A stretch of DNA of 64,000 nucleotides, taken from a virus. Its lineage: Duplodnaviria > Heunggongvirae > Uroviricota > Caudoviricetes. Under the pieces are notes generated by a model that saw only the letters and a program-made list of their open reading frames with translations, did not search any database and was not told the origin of the DNA. The stretch lies in IMG/VR virus record IMGVR_UViG_3300035659_000001. The stretch is one strand, 5' to 3'. Below are positions 37,281-46,845 of the stretch, one piece after another (the stretch's first letter is position 1; each line of letters starts with the position of its first letter). A program made the translations under genes and the position numbers.

Positions 37281-37315
37281 TTGCTGACTCCTTTGTTAAA
37301 TGTTTATTGTTTGTT

Positions 37316-37882
37316 CTATTTTGTATCATCTTCATCTTCTTTTTCATCTTCATCGCTACTAAAAGCACGTACATCATCATTTTTATCTTTTCTAACAAAT
37401 GTTGTCGGCTTTTCTGACTTCATCATTGAAATGATATTAACTAATCGTTCTCCTCTTTCTCCAAAGCCATAGGCAATTGACTTAATATTTGCAGCATCTT
37501 TCTTTCTCATTAAAACCTGATTATATTGTCTCATATATTCAGGATCAGTCATTACAGCTTCTTTTACCATTTTGTCAGTTATTCTTTTACCAGACACTGT
37601 CTCAGTCAATTCTTCCCTATAATGCTTTGATTGCTCTTCAACCCATATATCAAATTGTATCTGAGCTCTATCAAAATCAACTGCAGCTTCATTTGAAAGA
37701 ACATTCCACCTTGCATGAAGTGCCGGATTTTCAGCCATCATATTGCATACTTTAGCTGGCGTCAAAAGATCTATATAAGGAATATGTAACTTTTCATTAA
37801 CATCTATCTCTAATGTCTCTTGACGAACAAATATAGATACTTTAAATTCTGACTGAGCAACTTTTCCTTTTTTTCCTATCAT
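37316..37882 (-). CDS. hypothetical protein; position and size suggest a recombination mediator (UvsY-like?) but the motif match is weak
   Basis: Lies between gp32-like and DnaE. Helical with an acidic tail 'DEDEKEDEDDTK'. Confidence 0.3.
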   Translation of the reverse strand: MIGKKGKVAQSEFKVSIFVRQETLEIDVNEKLHIPYIDLLTPAKVCNMMAENPALHARWNVLSNEAAVDFDRAQIQFDIWVEEQSKHYREELTETVSGKRITDKMVKEAVMTDPEYMRQYNQVLMRKKDAANIKSIAYGFGERGERLVNIISMMKSEKPTTFVRKDKNDDVRAFSSDEDEKEDEDDTK

Positions 37883-37925
37883 ATTATTTATTATATGTTA
37901 AATGGGTATAAAATTTTACAGAGAT

Positions 37926-40900
37926 TTATTCGTTTGCCATTTCATCATATTTGGCTAATTTCTCCTTTTGCTCGGGAGTTCTTTCATATAAATTGCCAAC
38001 ACAACAAATATCTAACAAATCTATAAATATTCTGCCCATATATTCGCTAGCAACAGCTTCACCAACTAAAATATTATCAACTTTGATAACTTCTTGAACT
38101 TTGACTTTTGCATATTTTCCAGTTTCTTGTTTTAAAAGAAAAGCGCTTGAGCATCTTCTATTATAACAGGGTATTCTAACTTTGACCATGTTAAATTTTG
38201 AATCAGTTAATGTCACATAATAATAACTATTATTAGCTTTACTTGTTTTTTCAACAATCTCAGAAGCTACTCCCCAAACAGTAGCTTTCATATTTACTTT
38301 TGGTTGTGTAAAATTTGTTAACATGACAGCTTTTAATTTTGCAACTTCTCTTTTTTGACTATCAGATAATTTTGTTCGCCAATCTAAAGCATAAGCATCA
38401 ATAAACTGTTCATGTTCATATTTTGTATCATTATAATCAACATCTCGTTCCCACTTTTTCTCTTTTCTTATTTCTTTGTAATATTTTTCTAATATCTCAT
38501 TTTGAGTGCCAAATGCATCAAATGCATGACCGCTAATTAAAGCTATCATAGCTGTTTTTGTTATTTTCTTTATTTGTGATGTTTTCTCGCAAAAATCTTC
38601 AAATGAATCAAATGGCTGTGACTGTAAAATATTATTTATAACTGCAGGTCCTACATGATTTATATGGCCTAAGCCAAACATAATACTTTTTTCTTCACCA
38701 TATATTGAAAAACCTTCTTTAGCTCTGCTAATATTTGCAGGAACAATACTTATGCCATGACTTATGATCTCTGCAAAATAACTTGTAAACTTTTCCTTCA
38801 ATGAATTTGACAACAATACTACATAAAACTCCAAAGCATAATATTCTTTAAACCACATCATCTGGTAACTTAGAACAGTGTATGCTACTGCATGCGAGCG
38901 GTTGAATCCGTAGCGTGCAAATGCGACGCAACTTTGCCACAAAATTTCAGCAGAAGTTTCAATTAAGTCACCGACGCTTATACAGCCCTTAATAAATTTA
39001 TCATGAATTTCTTTTCGTTGTTTAGCTTCTTTATCTTTTGCATCAGTGTCTCGTATTGATTTCATTAAATTTTTTCTAACTGTATCAGTCAAATCTAATG
39101 GAAATCCTGCAACCATGTGACACAATCTCATTACATCTTCTTGATAAACTAAAATACCATAACTTGATTTCAAACATTTTTCAACTAATTTTGATTCGTA
39201 ATTGAATTCTTTACCATTTTTTCTTTGTGCATATTCATGATGCATTCCCATATCTAACGGTCCGGGGCGACCTAGCGCTGTTGCTGTCGTTATGTCAGAA
39301 AACGTTGTAGGTTTTATTTCTTTCAATAAAGCTTTCATTAAGTTGCTATTATGAACTACAAATCCATTAGCTATATAATTATGATTTATAGCTTCAGGAT
39401 CAAAACCAATATCATAAACTTCTTTTGTACCAACAAATTGAATGGCTTTAATTGGCACATATATATACCTGAACATGTGTCTTGCAAATCGTTTATATAT
39501 TTTAACTTTAACTTTACCCTTTTTCCATACACGTCTAAGAATATAATCTTTCTTATAAGTTTTTATTGGTCTAAATTTTGACAACAATTGAGGTCTACAT
39601 GTTCTTTGACCACTTCTAATGCAACTTGCGCAATTTTCAGCTATACCTTGCACATCTACTGATCTATTGTAAAATGCACAATAATGTTGACATCTGAACC
39701 GCTCTTGATCAATTAATATTTTGTCATCAACTTTTAATTCTTCTAATCTTTTCCAACCGCGAGGTGTATAAAATTCATGTAGTAATGCAGTTTCAATACA
39801 TCTATCGTTATCATATTGAACTGTAACTCTGTAAACATCTCGTACTTGTTTTTTCATAGCAAATATTTTTTGTCTAATTTTCATTTTTCTAGTTGACGGA
39901 TTTAAATTAACACAGCTAACTTTGTGTATTGACTTTTTATTTTTTTCAAACATATCATATAAGTTTTTGATTCTATATGAGCCAACCCATGAATTGCCGT
40001 CAATACATTCAAATTGAAAAATACCATTTGTATCAGTTTGTCTAAATTTTGAATAAATTGTGTTATTGCCATCTAACGGCAATTTTGATGAAAATTCTTC
40101 ATAAAATAATGATGTTATTTGCTTATGTTCAATAGATCGTAAATCAAAATCTGCTTTATCATTATACGATTTTGTTGATCTAATAATGTCAAGTATTTCT
40201 TTTATAATAGATAATGTTTTTAGACCAAGAATATCAAATTTAATGAATCCTGAAGATTGTAAATCTTTTCGAATGATGCCATCAACCCAGCTTGTTATAA
40301 GCTCATTTTTATGTCTCATTAAAGGTATTGTTTCATCAATTTTTGTCGGCGTTGCAACTACACCTGCGGGATGTTTTGTAAGATGTCTTAATTGGCCTTT
40401 TAGTTTGAATAAGATCTCTCTTATTTGAGGATGTCGTCCAAGATATTGTTTTATATCATATAGATCCTGTCTAAAGCCATCTTGACCAGATTCAATCATT
40501 AAAGTTGCGTCAAACACTTCTTCAGACATTTCATCAACATCATCAGCAAGATTTTTAACAACATCATTAGTGTCTTGAATATCAATATCAAATATTCTAG
40601 CAATATCTCTTAAAACCATTTTCATTTTCATTTGACCGTAAGAGCCAATAGGAGCTACATGGTCATTGCCATATTTGTCAATAAAATATTTAATGACAAG
40701 TTCTCTTTCATTCATACTAAAATCACTATCAATGTCAGGAAATGAAGATTGCTTTTTGATTTTTAGAACGATGTTGTTTTTGATTGGATCTGTAGACGAT
40801 ATGTTTAAAAGATAATACATTAAAGAACCGTGCGTTTTAACTTTTACTTTATTTTTAATGAGGCTAATTATGTAGTCTTGTAAATTTTGAACATTGACAT

Positions 40901-41012
40901 TTGTTAATTCTCTTTCAAGTGCTTGAATATATTTATCATTTTCATGTAATGATAGTTCTTTTAATTTTTTCTCACACAAATATTGAATAAAATCAATTTT
41001 TTTTATATCCAT
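37926..41012 (-). CDS. dnaE: DNA polymerase III alpha (DnaE, family C) C-terminal segment containing an intein
   Basis: 'FPDIDSDFSMNERELVIKYFIDKYG' corresponds to DnaE 'MPDFDVDFCMEKRD..', 'FIKFDILGLKTLSII' to 'FDFLGLRTLT', 'ALGRPGPLDMGM' to 'ALFRPGPLQSGM', 'YGILVYQEDVMRL' to 'YGIILYQEQVMQI', and 'RSHAVAYTVLSYQMMWFKEYY' to '[21 protein letters not shown]'. Confidence 0.8.
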   Translation of the reverse strand: MDIKKIDFIQYLCEKKLKELSLHENDKYIQALERELTNVNVQNLQDYIISLIKNKVKVKTHGSLMYYLLNISSTDPIKNNIVLKIKKQSSFPDIDSDFSMNERELVIKYFIDKYGNDHVAPIGSYGQMKMKMVLRDIARIFDIDIQDTNDVVKNLADDVDEMSEEVFDATLMIESGQDGFRQDLYDIKQYLGRHPQIREILFKLKGQLRHLTKHPAGVVATPTKIDETIPLMRHKNELITSWVDGIIRKDLQSSGFIKFDILGLKTLSIIKEILDIIRSTKSYNDKADFDLRSIEHKQITSLFYEEFSSKLPLDGNNTIYSKFRQTDTNGIFQFECIDGNSWVGSYRIKNLYDMFEKNKKSIHKVSCVNLNPSTRKMKIRQKIFAMKKQVRDVYRVTVQYDNDRCIETALLHEFYTPRGWKRLEELKVDDKILIDQERFRCQHYCAFYNRSVDVQGIAENCASCIRSGQRTCRPQLLSKFRPIKTYKKDYILRRVWKKGKVKVKIYKRFARHMFRYIYVPIKAIQFVGTKEVYDIGFDPEAINHNYIANGFVVHNSNLMKALLKEIKPTTFSDITTATALGRPGPLDMGMHHEYAQRKNGKEFNYESKLVEKCLKSSYGILVYQEDVMRLCHMVAGFPLDLTDTVRKNLMKSIRDTDAKDKEAKQRKEIHDKFIKGCISVGDLIETSAEILWQSCVAFARYGFNRSHAVAYTVLSYQMMWFKEYYALEFYVVLLSNSLKEKFTSYFAEIISHGISIVPANISRAKEGFSIYGEEKSIMFGLGHINHVGPAVINNILQSQPFDSFEDFCEKTSQIKKITKTAMIALISGHAFDAFGTQNEILEKYYKEIRKEKKWERDVDYNDTKYEHEQFIDAYALDWRTKLSDSQKREVAKLKAVMLTNFTQPKVNMKATVWGVASEIVEKTSKANNSYYYVTLTDSKFNMVKVRIPCYNRRCSSAFLLKQETGKYAKVKVQEVIKVDNILVGEAVASEYMGRIFIDLLDICCVGNLYERTPEQKEKLAKYDEMANE
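39348..40007 (-). other. Intein (about 220 aa) inserted in the DnaE 'GxFQxES' motif
   Basis: The extein reads 'NGIFQFE|S NLMKALLKEIKP', matching DnaE 'GVFQLESRGMKDLIKRLQP'. The insert begins with 'CIDGNSWVG' (block A Cys) and ends 'NGFVVHN' followed by Ser (block G). The interior is basic and Cys-rich. Confidence 0.6.
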
Positions 41013-41029
41013 TATTATCCTTATGCTTT

Positions 41030-41362
41030 TTAATTGTCGAGAGTTACAATTTTTACTTTTCTCGACGTTAATAGCGTTTGAAGATCAATATTAAAGGTGT
41101 TGTAATCTAGAATCCAACATTTTTTATCTATGAAAGTGTCGCCGTCAATATCAAATTGCTTGAAATAAATAGCTTGCCATGAAATTGATTTATTCAAAGT
41201 TGTATTACAATACATTAATAATGATGAAAAACTTTCAAGCATTATCATGGAGCTAAATTTTTGTATAAAATAGTCAAACCACATATTTCGTTGTTTGATG
41301 CCTGTAAGTTGTACAAAATCAAATAACGTTAAATTTTTATCAACAATAAACATTATTTTCAT
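41030..41362 (-). CDS. hypothetical protein
   Basis: ORF between the two dnaE segments. Confidence 0.35.
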   Translation of the reverse strand: MKIMFIVDKNLTLFDFVQLTGIKQRNMWFDYFIQKFSSMIMLESFSSLLMYCNTTLNKSISWQAIYFKQFDIDGDTFIDKKCWILDYNTFNIDLQTLLTSRKVKIVTLDN

Positions 41363-41384
41363 AATTTAGATCTCATCATTAACA

Positions 41385-42014
41385 TTACCTCGTAGCTAAA
41401 GAGCAAATGTTCTCTTTAGAAATATCAACGTCTATTTGCTTACTTTGAATAGTAAGTTTTGCAATTGCTTTATCTTTTATAGATACAAACAATTCATTTC
41501 CCTTTAATTCAACTGATAATTGTTCATGTAATTTATCGACATCAATATTTTGTCGTAACATCCATGAAGGTGAAAACGGATCACTATGACGAAATCTTGG
41601 TACTTGAAAAGACGGTCTTCCAAATGTACCTGTTACACCTGATAAACCTGTAACACCTGATAAACCTGTAACACCCTGTATACCCATATATCCTACAAGT
41701 TCAGCAGGCGCACCTACAAATTCAGTGCCAGTTGCACCACCAATAAGCCCGTTAGTTACCATGTGTCCGTTAGATGAAAGTGCAACACTTTGAACTCGTC
41801 TTTCAAAAAGAGTATCACGGGAAAGACATTCTTGACTTATTTGTTCATTTTCTATTTCATCGTTACAAAGTAAATTAAATTTTTCAAAAGATTTTTTACT
41901 AACAATATCTACTTTGTCAACAACTATATCGTCTACTCTATTATAGCTTCTAAAAAATAATTTTTTCTTAACTAAATCTAACCCATTAATTGCTAAAAAT
42001 TTTTCATTTGACAT
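41385..42014 (-). CDS. hypothetical protein with an in-frame 18-nt tandem repeat (GVTGLSGVTGLSGVTG)
   Basis: DNA repeat 'CCTGATAAACCTGTAACA' about 2.5 times at ~41640-41690, giving Gly-Val-Thr-Gly-Leu-Ser repeats. Confidence 0.4.
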   Translation of the reverse strand: MSNEKFLAINGLDLVKKKLFFRSYNRVDDIVVDKVDIVSKKSFEKFNLLCNDEIENEQISQECLSRDTLFERRVQSVALSSNGHMVTNGLIGGATGTEFVGAPAELVGYMGIQGVTGLSGVTGLSGVTGTFGRPSFQVPRFRHSDPFSPSWMLRQNIDVDKLHEQLSVELKGNELFVSIKDKAIAKLTIQSKQIDVDISKENICSLATR

Positions 42015-42775
42015 TTTAGCTTCTTTATAGTTCTTTCATAGTCCTCAAATCTAATTTTTGCTATTTTTGATCGATCACTTGTCCTGACTACAATACCTTC
42101 TGGTTTTCCACCCTCTCCGTCAATAGGTGCATTTGTCTTACCGGGAAGCATAGTTTTTAACCAAGCAAATGTCTCTATTAAATCTTTAGGCGGACAATAT
42201 GACTCTAATCTTGGAACTATTGGTATATCGACTTTTCTTGCTATATCTTGAAATTGCTGTTCATTAAGAAATTTTTGATGACCATGATCACGAAGAAAAG
42301 AAATTGACTGAATTGAATTATTCACTAAAAAACTATCAAAATCATATTCAGAATCATAATAAGCGACATCGAATAATCTAAAACCAGGTGCACGACAACT
42401 TGTATAATTTTTAGCGTTATTAATATTCAATCCATATACTTCACCAAAAAATATCCATACATAACTTGTTAAATTTATATCATTGAACTTTGACATTAAT
42501 GGTCTTAAAGTATCTACTATGCCCATTGATGGATTGTAAATTAAATCACCACTAGCAGTAAGTAGTTCTTCCCTTGAGCCTATAAAATAAGACTTATCAT
42601 AAAATAGAATGATCCTTGCATTAGTGCCATCAATCTTCTCTGTAAGAATTACTGGATCATTAAATTCAACTTGAACATTATTTACTAAACTACCTTTATC
42701 ACCAAGTTCATGATAAGTAAGAATTGAAGGATATTTTGCTGCTGAATTTAATTTGTCTAAATTTGTCTTAATCAT
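41993..42775 (-). CDS. RNA ligase, Rnl2-like (nucleotidyltransferase superfamily)
   Basis: Motif I 'KIDGTNARI', motif IV 'EGIVVR', motif V 'KIRFEDY'. Size 260 aa. Confidence 0.7.
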   Translation of the reverse strand: MIKTNLDKLNSAAKYPSILTYHELGDKGSLVNNVQVEFNDPVILTEKIDGTNARIILFYDKSYFIGSREELLTASGDLIYNPSMGIVDTLRPLMSKFNDINLTSYVWIFFGEVYGLNINNAKNYTSCRAPGFRLFDVAYYDSEYDFDSFLVNNSIQSISFLRDHGHQKFLNEQQFQDIARKVDIPIVPRLESYCPPKDLIETFAWLKTMLPGKTNAPIDGEGGKPEGIVVRTSDRSKIAKIRFEDYERTIKKLKCQMKNF

Positions 42776-42852
42776 TTCATTTCCTTTAAAAATCTGTCTT
42801 TATCTTTAAAAAAATATGTATGTTGCACATATCTTCTAAAACTGCAGAAAAT

Positions 42853-44697
42853 TTATTCATTATCCAACCTAATGAGTCTATTATTATACCATTCTTCAAA
42901 TTCATTTTCTATATATAATTCGTTCTTATCTTCTATTTCTTTAATCTCACCAACAGATAAGTCATATACAGCCATACTTCTTGACATACTCAAAAATCTC
43001 TCAAATAACAAATCATGCTTTAATGGATCTATATTTGTAATATCCATTAAGTAACATGCAAGAGAACCTGCGCTCGACCCACGTGCTGGGCCTACAAGCA
43101 CACCATGTTCTTTGGCCCATTTAATATAATCAGCTACAATTAAAAAATAATCAGACATTTCTGTGCGCCTGATAACACTTAATTCATATTTTATTCTTTT
43201 TGTATATTGACTATTTTCTTCATACCAATGATCTTCAGCTTTTCTATCCCATCCATCTCTAGTCAACTGAACTAAATAATCGTAACTGCTCAAATCACCA
43301 GTATCAATTTTTGGTAATTTTTCTTTAGTATCCCAGTCCCAAGAATCAATTTTTTTAGCTACTTTTATTGTATTATCAAGAGCCACTTGAAAGTCTTCAA
43401 GGCTTAAGTATTTATAATGACCTTGATCTATATATGCATCAATCATTTGATGTCTGTCTTTAAACCAGAAGTCTTTAGTTGAAAACTCCCAAACTCTTTT
43501 AAATTTTTTCTTTCCAGTAACAATGTCTAAAATTTCATTAAAAGTAATTCCGTCATCTTTATCTCTTAATGGTTTAAACTTTTTAAATCTATCTAACTCA
43601 ATAAAACTATTGTAAGTTTTACGTATATGATTTGGATCAACATCATTTCCAATTGCATCTAAAATTTCACCCATTGCATGCAATCTTTCTTTATCTTTCA
43701 TTGTAACTTGTTCACCATCATCTTTAGAACCCAACATTAGTGATATTTCTTGAGCTTTAGAATCAAGTTTATCTAAATAATGAACGTCGTTTGTTACAAT
43801 GAAATTAATGTTTAATTCTTTAGCAATCTCAACTAATATCTTATTTACATATCTTTGTTTATCAATATCAATAACCATTATCTCAATATAAAAATCATCA
43901 CCAAACGTATCTTTATATAATTTTGCTGCTTTTAATCCTGCTTCTTTTGCTTGGTCTTTATCTTCATACTGTAAAATCATATTACTAATGATACCTTGTA
44001 GACAAGCTGACGTGACAATTATACCTTCTTTATTTTCAGCTATGAATTCAAAAGATGTCCTGGGTTTGTAATAAAAACCATTTCTTGCAGCGTCACTAAT
44101 AATTTTAATGATGTTTTTACTGCCAATGTTGTTTTTTGCTAATAAGACGACGTGTTGATTTTTTTTTAATGTATCTCTTTTAATTGATAACTGCTTGTCT
44201 TCATTTTTGAAATATTTTAAAGCTATATCAAATTTTTCAACTAATTCTTCATATTCATATTTACTAGCTTTTTCATAATCAAGTTGAGGTTGTTTAAGCA
44301 CTTCTCTAATAAAATTAATGTGAACATTAAATAATTGTTTATTTAATTTTTCATGCTTCATAGCTTGCTTTAGTATTTTAACTTTTTTGTCAATTTCATC
44401 TAAAACATCATTGTGTTTTTTAACTTCAAATCTATCATTTTGTACATACATTTCTACGCCAATAATAGGCTTTAAATTATTTGATCTACAATACATAAAA
44501 AAAGACGGATGAGAGCCTGCACTGCCATGATCAGTTATAGCTAATGCTGACATACCGATTTCAATTGCTTTTTTTGCATATTGAGTGGGTTTGCAAATGC
44601 CGTCTTTTAATGAGAAATCACTATGTAGATGTAGATGAATAAAATCTTTTTTGTCACCTGTAGAATATAGTTGTTGTCGTATTTGTTCTTTATTCAT
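42853..44697 (-). CDS. dnaE: DNA polymerase III alpha (DnaE) N-terminal segment (PHP domain through the GPxRGS region)
   Basis: 'FIHLHLHSDFSLKDG...ALAITDHG' (PHP), 'HVVLLAKNNIGSKNI', 'VGPARGSSAGSLACYLMDITNIDPLKHDLLFERFLS'. Ends about 40 aa after the point where the C-terminal segment resumes. Confidence 0.8.
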   Translation of the reverse strand: MNKEQIRQQLYSTGDKKDFIHLHLHSDFSLKDGICKPTQYAKKAIEIGMSALAITDHGSAGSHPSFFMYCRSNNLKPIIGVEMYVQNDRFEVKKHNDVLDEIDKKVKILKQAMKHEKLNKQLFNVHINFIREVLKQPQLDYEKASKYEYEELVEKFDIALKYFKNEDKQLSIKRDTLKKNQHVVLLAKNNIGSKNIIKIISDAARNGFYYKPRTSFEFIAENKEGIIVTSACLQGIISNMILQYEDKDQAKEAGLKAAKLYKDTFGDDFYIEIMVIDIDKQRYVNKILVEIAKELNINFIVTNDVHYLDKLDSKAQEISLMLGSKDDGEQVTMKDKERLHAMGEILDAIGNDVDPNHIRKTYNSFIELDRFKKFKPLRDKDDGITFNEILDIVTGKKKFKRVWEFSTKDFWFKDRHQMIDAYIDQGHYKYLSLEDFQVALDNTIKVAKKIDSWDWDTKEKLPKIDTGDLSSYDYLVQLTRDGWDRKAEDHWYEENSQYTKRIKYELSVIRRTEMSDYFLIVADYIKWAKEHGVLVGPARGSSAGSLACYLMDITNIDPLKHDLLFERFLSMSRSMAVYDLSVGEIKEIEDKNELYIENEFEEWYNNRLIRLDNE

Positions 44698-44950
44698 GAT
44701 GCATTCGTCGAAAGAAATTTAAAAATTTTCTAATGTTTCTTTTTATAAAATTATTTTGTATTTTTATATCTTCATAGATTATCTTTAATAAATCTAGTGA
44801 ATAAAATTCATTTTCAAATTTGTAACCTCGTTTACCATTTTGCTCTACAAGTTGACAACCATGATGTATGAATTGTAAACAAAAATTTACAAAAGAAAAG
44901 TTTGACAATTCTTTTTTATCATTTAATAGTATTAATTCAAGCTTTGTCAT
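44690..44950 (-). CDS. hypothetical protein
   Basis: ORF overlapping the dnaE-N start by 8 nt. Confidence 0.3.
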   Translation of the reverse strand: MTKLELILLNDKKELSNFSFVNFCLQFIHHGCQLVEQNGKRGYKFENEFYSLDLLKIIYEDIKIQNNFIKRNIRKFLNFFRRMHHE

Positions 44951-45053
44951 ATTGTTGATTAGTTTTAGAAAATTTAATCGTATTCAATGCTTCAATTTTA
45001 TTTTTTTTTAGAACTTCACTATCCAAAATAGTTTCTAAATTTTATTTGTAACT

Positions 45054-45779
45054 TTATAGATAATCATATTGATCTACTATGCTTGTCAATAAATCAAAGT
45101 GTTTTTCGTATACATGTAAACTATTTGAATGCCAATTTATATATCCAATTTCTAAATTTGGATAAATTTTTTTTAAATCATTATACAATAAATCATAGAC
45201 ATAACATTTAAAATAAAAATCATTTAAAAAACCATAAATTAGATCTGAACTTCTGAAATGTACACTACTTATTAGTTTATTATTTCGAATAAAAAATGTA
45301 TTACTTAAACAACAAATAAAGTCAGACATTCCATTTTTATTAAAATCCATCCACATACTTGGTCTATTATAAATCATGATTGCTCTTCTACTATCTTTGT
45401 TCATTCTTAATTCATTTAAGCAATTATTATATTGATTATAATTTTCAGACGAAAAAATGCACCAGCCATAATTTGAATTAACTAATTTTTCATCATCTTT
45501 AGAACATATCATATTCCAAATTTGAATATTATCTACATAATTTTTTATAGATAAAGATTGACTTAAATACCATTCAAGCTCTTTCCTACAATAATTTTCA
45601 TTTGTTTTCCTTATTTTAAAATCTAAAACAGGTTGACTTGGGTTTAAGTTTAAAATTTGAGCATCTATAAGTTCGACAGTTTTTACACAACTTTTATCTA
45701 TAACAAACTCTGAATTTTTTATTTTTCTATACAATTCAAAAAAGTATTGCTTAAGTATTGCTTCATTTTTCATTCTCAT
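45054..45779 (-). CDS. Deoxycytidylate (dCMP) hydroxymethylase, T4 gp42-like (thymidylate synthase superfamily)
   Basis: Collinear with T4 gp42. 'FVIDKSCVKTVELI' corresponds to 'FVVDKTGVKTIEII', 'RKELEWY' to 'QRELEWY', and 'NSNYGWCIF...RRAIMIYNRPSMWMDFNKNGMSDFICC' to 'NSNYGWAIW...RRGIMIYTRPSMQFDYNKDGMSDFMC'. Size 241 aa. Confidence 0.85.
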   Translation of the reverse strand: MRMKNEAILKQYFFELYRKIKNSEFVIDKSCVKTVELIDAQILNLNPSQPVLDFKIRKTNENYCRKELEWYLSQSLSIKNYVDNIQIWNMICSKDDEKLVNSNYGWCIFSSENYNQYNNCLNELRMNKDSRRAIMIYNRPSMWMDFNKNGMSDFICCLSNTFFIRNNKLISSVHFRSSDLIYGFLNDFYFKCYVYDLLYNDLKKIYPNLEIGYINWHSNSLHVYEKHFDLLTSIVDQYDYL

Positions 45780-46075
45780 TCTTCTCCTAAAATGAATTTA
45801 AATTTTGATATGCCTGTTACTGCCAACTCTTCAAGCTTACATTGTTGTAGATCTCTTATTATTAATTTACCGAGATTTGATTTTGGTATAAAAATTATAT
45901 TGATTTTTGATCGATCAGTATCATCAGTTTCACAAGTAAATTCAACATTATCTGACACATCACATTTATACACTTTATCTAAATTAGCTAATATGGTTTG
46001 TAAATTGTTAGCTATTTGTGCTTCAGCCTGTTTTGATGACTTTTGACCAATATGTTGGCACATTGATTCACGCAT
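45776..46075 (-). CDS. hypothetical protein
   Basis: ORF with ATGA coupling to gp42-like. Confidence 0.35.
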   Translation of the reverse strand: MRESMCQHIGQKSSKQAEAQIANNLQTILANLDKVYKCDVSDNVEFTCETDDTDRSKINIIFIPKSNLGKLIIRDLQQCKLEELAVTGISKFKFILGEE

Positions 46076-46197
46076 TGCATTTCCTATATTGTACTATTAA
46101 TTTATGTTCATCAGTACAAATTTCATTTCGAGCGTCTAAATATCGATTAAGGTTCATAATTGAATTAATTTACAAAATTTGTCGTCAACTTTACATA

Positions 46198-46236
46198 AAA
46201 AAAGCTGCTATATTTCTATAACAGCTTTTTCATTTT
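46198..46236. terminator. Rho-independent terminator downstream of the HU gene
   Basis: AAAGCTGcTATA-tttc-TATAaCAGCTTTTT. A-run on the other side, so bidirectional. Confidence 0.65.
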
Positions 46237-46252
46237 TAAAGAGGAGTTGTTC

Positions 46253-46651
46253 TTATTTCTTCTCTTCAGTTGACTCCGGTGCATCTTCAACATATTGTTC
46301 AAGTTCAATTTTGCCATTGACAAGTTGTTTGAAACCCTTGAGCGGTCTAAACTTTACAACATCTTTTTCGGGAACATTAGTCATTTTGCCGAAAGATTTG
46401 CGAATTGCAGCTTTTTTATGAATCTTGACAAATTTTCCGAATCCAGAAATCTTAACAAATCCCTTATCAAGCATGCCTTTTTTGATAGCATAGATGACAG
46501 CTTGAATTGCAACTTTTGATTCACGACGTGAAAGACTTGTAACTTCCTGAACAACTGCAATAAGATCAGTCATTCTGAACTGTTCTGTCTTAGATTTGCG
46601 AACCTTTTTAGTTTTTGTTGCGGCAACATCTACTTTTGCCTCTTTAGCCAT
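46253..46651 (-). CDS. HU/IHF-family DNA-binding protein with an N-terminal Lys-rich extension
   Basis: 'ISGFGKFVKIHKKAAIRKSFGKMT' and 'FRPLKGFK' match the HU beta-arm signature. Confidence 0.75.
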   Translation of the reverse strand: MAKEAKVDVAATKTKKVRKSKTEQFRMTDLIAVVQEVTSLSRRESKVAIQAVIYAIKKGMLDKGFVKISGFGKFVKIHKKAAIRKSFGKMTNVPEKDVVKFRPLKGFKQLVNGKIELEQYVEDAPESTEEKK

Positions 46652-46845
46652 AAAAAGCCTCCTATTTTGAATTATGAATTAATTATGAATTATGCATTAA
46701 TTAACTTTAAATGACAATATTATTGTTTGTTTTTTTTATTTATTAATTTACATTTTTTCATATATTATCATAACGAACGTTGCATGTCGCTTATAAACGT
46801 TGTCTGCGCATGTACGACGAATTATTAAATTAAAGAATTAATGAG

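Noticed and set aside
41012-42853. Group I/II intron or split-intein explanation for the 1.8-kb gap in dnaE.
   Set aside because: The intervening DNA encodes ordinary co-directional genes (Rnl2 and others) rather than an intron core with a homing endonuclease. Both DnaE pieces overlap at protein level, with a duplicated GPxRGS region. The N-piece does not end in an N-intein and the C-piece does not begin with a C-intein (no HN/Cys-Ser junction).
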